A stretch of DNA of 64,000 nucleotides, taken from the NCBI GenBank assembly GCA_034428895.1, contig DAOUGM010000015.1, forward strand, positions 743 through 64,742, in the 5' to 3' direction. A program made the position numbers and the translations under genes. Shown here piece by piece: positions 62,477 through 64,000 of this stretch. The notes under the pieces were generated by a model. That model ran no database searches. It worked only from the letters and a program-made list of their open reading frames with translations, and was not told the origin of the DNA. The number at the start of each line of letters is the position of its first letter. The stretch's first letter is position 1. The DNA comes from Anaerolineaceae bacterium. GTDB lineage: Bacteria; Chloroflexota; Anaerolineae; Anaerolineales; Anaerolineaceae.

Positions 62477-62698
62477 TTATTCTTTCACTTCGTGTGAAAA
62501 CACTTCACCTAGTTCCACTCCAAATGCATCTGCCAGGCGGAAGGCAAGCTCAAGGGAAGGCGAATACTTGCCTGCCTCGATGGCGATGATGGTCTGCCTG
62601 GATACCCCTGCTTTTTCCGCGAGCTCCTGTTGGGTCATTTCGTTGGCAAAGAAGCGCAGCTTGCGAATGTTGTTGGAAATTTCGATCTTTTTTCCCAT
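62477..62698 (-). CDS. Small XRE/Cro-C1 family HTH transcriptional regulator
   Basis: 73 aa: [60 protein letters not shown].. Start revised to ATG at 62698, 1 nt after the upstream stop. Confidence 0.8.
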   Translation of the reverse strand: MGKKIEISNNIRKLRFFANEMTQQELAEKAGVSRQTIIAIEAGKYSPSLELAFRLADAFGVELGEVFSHEVKE

Positions 62699-62699
62699 G

Positions 62700-63197
62700 C
62701 TATACTCCCCCCCGGTAATAAATAAGCTGCGCCACGCCTTCACACAAAGAACCAACAGAGAACGAAATGTAGAAAATGTTAAGCATGACCTCGGGTGGGT
62801 AATTGAGAACCAGTGAAACGAGAGCACCCACAAAACCGATCCCGGCAATGGTAAAACCGACTCGCGAGGATTTCAGTTCGATGAGTTTATCTCTTTCATC
62901 TTCGACCGTCTCCAGCTTGATCGATTTTTCAATTTCCTTTTCGTCGCACTGATTTTCACGGATCGTCTTCTTCACCGCGATGGAAACAGAAAGCAGAATG
63001 TGAAAGACGATCTGAATGATGATGGTCACGCCGATGCCAATGCCGATGAAGATCAACATGGTGACTGCCCAAAATTTTAGGTCGCCAGGGGTAACCAAGC
63101 CCGCCTGGTATTTGTCGAAGGCATAGATGCAGTAGGCTGCCAATACCAACAGCCCTGAAAAAATGCTTGTGATCGTTCTTTTTTCCTGGTAAGACAT
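62700..63197 (-). CDS. Hypothetical 4-TM membrane protein co-transcribed with the XRE regulator
   Basis: Start revised to ATG at 63197 ([13 protein letters not shown]..., RBS AAAGGAG 5 nt upstream). The ORF-track start lies inside the operator arm. Confidence 0.6.
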   Translation of the reverse strand: MSYQEKRTITSIFSGLLVLAAYCIYAFDKYQAGLVTPGDLKFWAVTMLIFIGIGIGVTIIIQIVFHILLSVSIAVKKTIRENQCDEKEIEKSIKLETVEDERDKLIELKSSRVGFTIAGIGFVGALVSLVLNYPPEVMLNIFYISFSVGSLCEGVAQLIYYRGGV

Positions 63198-63222
63198 TTT
63201 TACTCCTTTGAGATAGTAAATA

Positions 63223-63266
63223 TTACTTGACATATAGTATCATATAATATACATAATGTCAAGTAA
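63223..63266 (-). promoter_or_regulatory. Sigma-70 promoter (TTGACA-17-TACTAT) embedded in an 11-bp perfect inverted repeat (candidate XRE operator)
   Basis: Arms TTACTTGACAT (63223-63233) and ATGTCAAGTAA (63256-63266). On the minus strand the -35 TTGACA (63257-63262) lies in one arm, the -10 TACTAT is at 63234-63239, and the second arm covers about +1. Confidence 0.55.
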
Positions 63267-63714
63267 ACATTACATTACAATAAAGTTAAAAATCTCCATC
63301 TCTTTTCCATCCTGCACTCAAGGTCAATTCAGAATCGTTTTGGTATTACCGGTGTGTCGGGAAAATTCTTACATTCAGATTTGGGTGACGGGAATCCAGG
63401 CAATTGATTGATCAGATTCAGATTCAAATAAAGCGTCACACACGAGGATAAGCGTGATGGCTTTCCCTTTTTGATTTTTATAGTCCCGGTTCAATTGGGT
63501 GTTTGATTCCTGTGTGTTTATGTGTGCGCCATACCATATGTTTCCGACCAGGTTTGTTCTTCCATCACTACGTTGGAATCCTGCAAAACGGAAAATACTA
63601 TAGAGCCCATGAGAAAGATCCTTATGGCGTTGCCATTCCGAATCTTACTTGGGCTCGTTAATCAGTCGTTTCGAGATATATCCCAATAATGATCAGGTGA
63701 GCGTAGACAGTTGG

Positions 63715-64000
63715 TTACTCGGTCCACCCGGGGGTTTCGCAGGTATTGATATCCCCAGTCTGTAATCCGTCCAGCAGTGCCGCCTGGCGCTGGTCGGAGG
63801 ATCCATGGGTCCAGGTTTCAGGGGAGACATACCCCTGCGTTTGGCTTTGAATGCGGTCGTCTCCCACGGAAGCCGCGGCATCCAGGCTCTGAGTGATTTC
63901 ATCATTGGTCACTTGAGCCAGGTAACCGGTTTCGACCGCATGATTTACCCAGACCCCGGCCAGGCAATCTGCCTGGAGTTCGGTGTACACCGACATACTC
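63715..64000 (-). CDS. YpfJ-like neutral zinc metallopeptidase (PF04228-like), N-terminal part outside the window
   Basis: The C-terminal sequence ..[14 protein letters not shown]...[47 protein letters not shown] matches the conserved tail of this family as I recall it. The frame is open to the window edge. Confidence 0.7.
   Translation of the reverse strand, partial: SMSVYTELQADCLAGVWVNHAVETGYLAQVTNDEITQSLDAAASVGDDRIQSQTQGYVSPETWTHGSSDQRQAALLDGLQTGDINTCETPGWTE

Noticed and set aside
63267-63714. tRNA or other structured RNA in the 450-nt non-coding gap. The gap contains a GGTTCAATT T-loop-like string near 63490.
   Set aside because: The flanking bases cannot form a T-stem or an acceptor stem. 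No cloverleaf could be drawn by eye.
1-64000. Mobile elements, CRISPR arrays, defence systems, rRNA/tRNA genes, and selenocysteine recoding in the Mo-hydroxylase clusters.
   Set aside because: I saw none of the following:
- transposase, integrase or recombinase-like ORFs;
- short direct-repeat arrays;
- nuclease, helicase or methylase gene sets.

All large genes are uninterrupted, so no in-frame TGA needs to be invoked.

Overview
This 64-kb window looks like bacterial chromosome. Gene content and the Pro/Thr/Ala/Glu-rich linkers after the lipobox Cys of the solute-binding proteins suggest a Chloroflexota/Anaerolineae-like organism, but that is inference only. I found no rRNA, tRNA, CRISPR array, transposase, integrase or phage genes.

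Contents in order:
- (1) 1-8.2 kb, minus strand: an N-heterocycle catabolism unit. It has FdrA, YlbE/DUF1116, an internally duplicated cyclase-fold amidohydrolase, then a separate CoxM/CoxS/CoxL-type molybdenum hydroxylase operon. The large subunit runs off the window and is missing from the ORF track.
- (2) 10-22 kb: an omega-amine/polyamine catabolic island. It has three class-III aminotransferases (one PatA-like), a CoA-acylating aldehyde dehydrogenase, a saccharopine-dehydrogenase-family enzyme, an APC permease, an SSS symporter and an Lrp/AsnC regulator.
- (3) 22.2-25.9 kb: a heterodimeric ABC exporter pair with one degenerate ATP site.
- (4) 25.9-44.9 kb: the most unusual part, about 19 kb of tightly packed genes all on the minus strand. 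It encodes two paralogous uridine-kinase/PRK-type P-loop kinases with an unrecognised N-terminal domain of about 190 aa. These alternate with two alkaline-phosphatase-superfamily phosphomutases, one ApgM-type and one GpmI-type that is circularly permuted. The locus also carries five HAD domains with a non-canonical DxG(G/N)T motif I, one of them fused to a xylose-isomerase-like TIM barrel and two fused to each other. The remaining genes are an Afu/Fbp-like ABC importer, an RpiR/SIS regulator, a PfkB kinase, an MBL-fold hydrolase and a PiT/DUF47 phosphate transporter pair. I propose this as a candidate undescribed phospho-(acid)sugar system.
- (5) 45-50.4 kb: a CPA2/RCK antiporter and a sugar ABC importer.
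- (6) 50.4-52.7 kb: an AT-rich stretch with two small secreted hypothetical proteins and a promoter-to-terminator leader or sRNA candidate.
- (7) 52.7-62.4 kb: a reductive pyrimidine/purine cluster with two YgeY-type M20 hydrolases, PreT, PreA, an XdhD-like fused FeS-Mo hydroxylase and a dihydropyrimidinase.
- (8) 62.4-64 kb: a membrane-protein/XRE operon with a clear promoter-embedded operator, and a partial YpfJ-like metallopeptidase.

The ORF track uses non-ATG starts, and I revised several starts from RBS placement. All functional calls rest on recognising motifs by eye, not on database searches.
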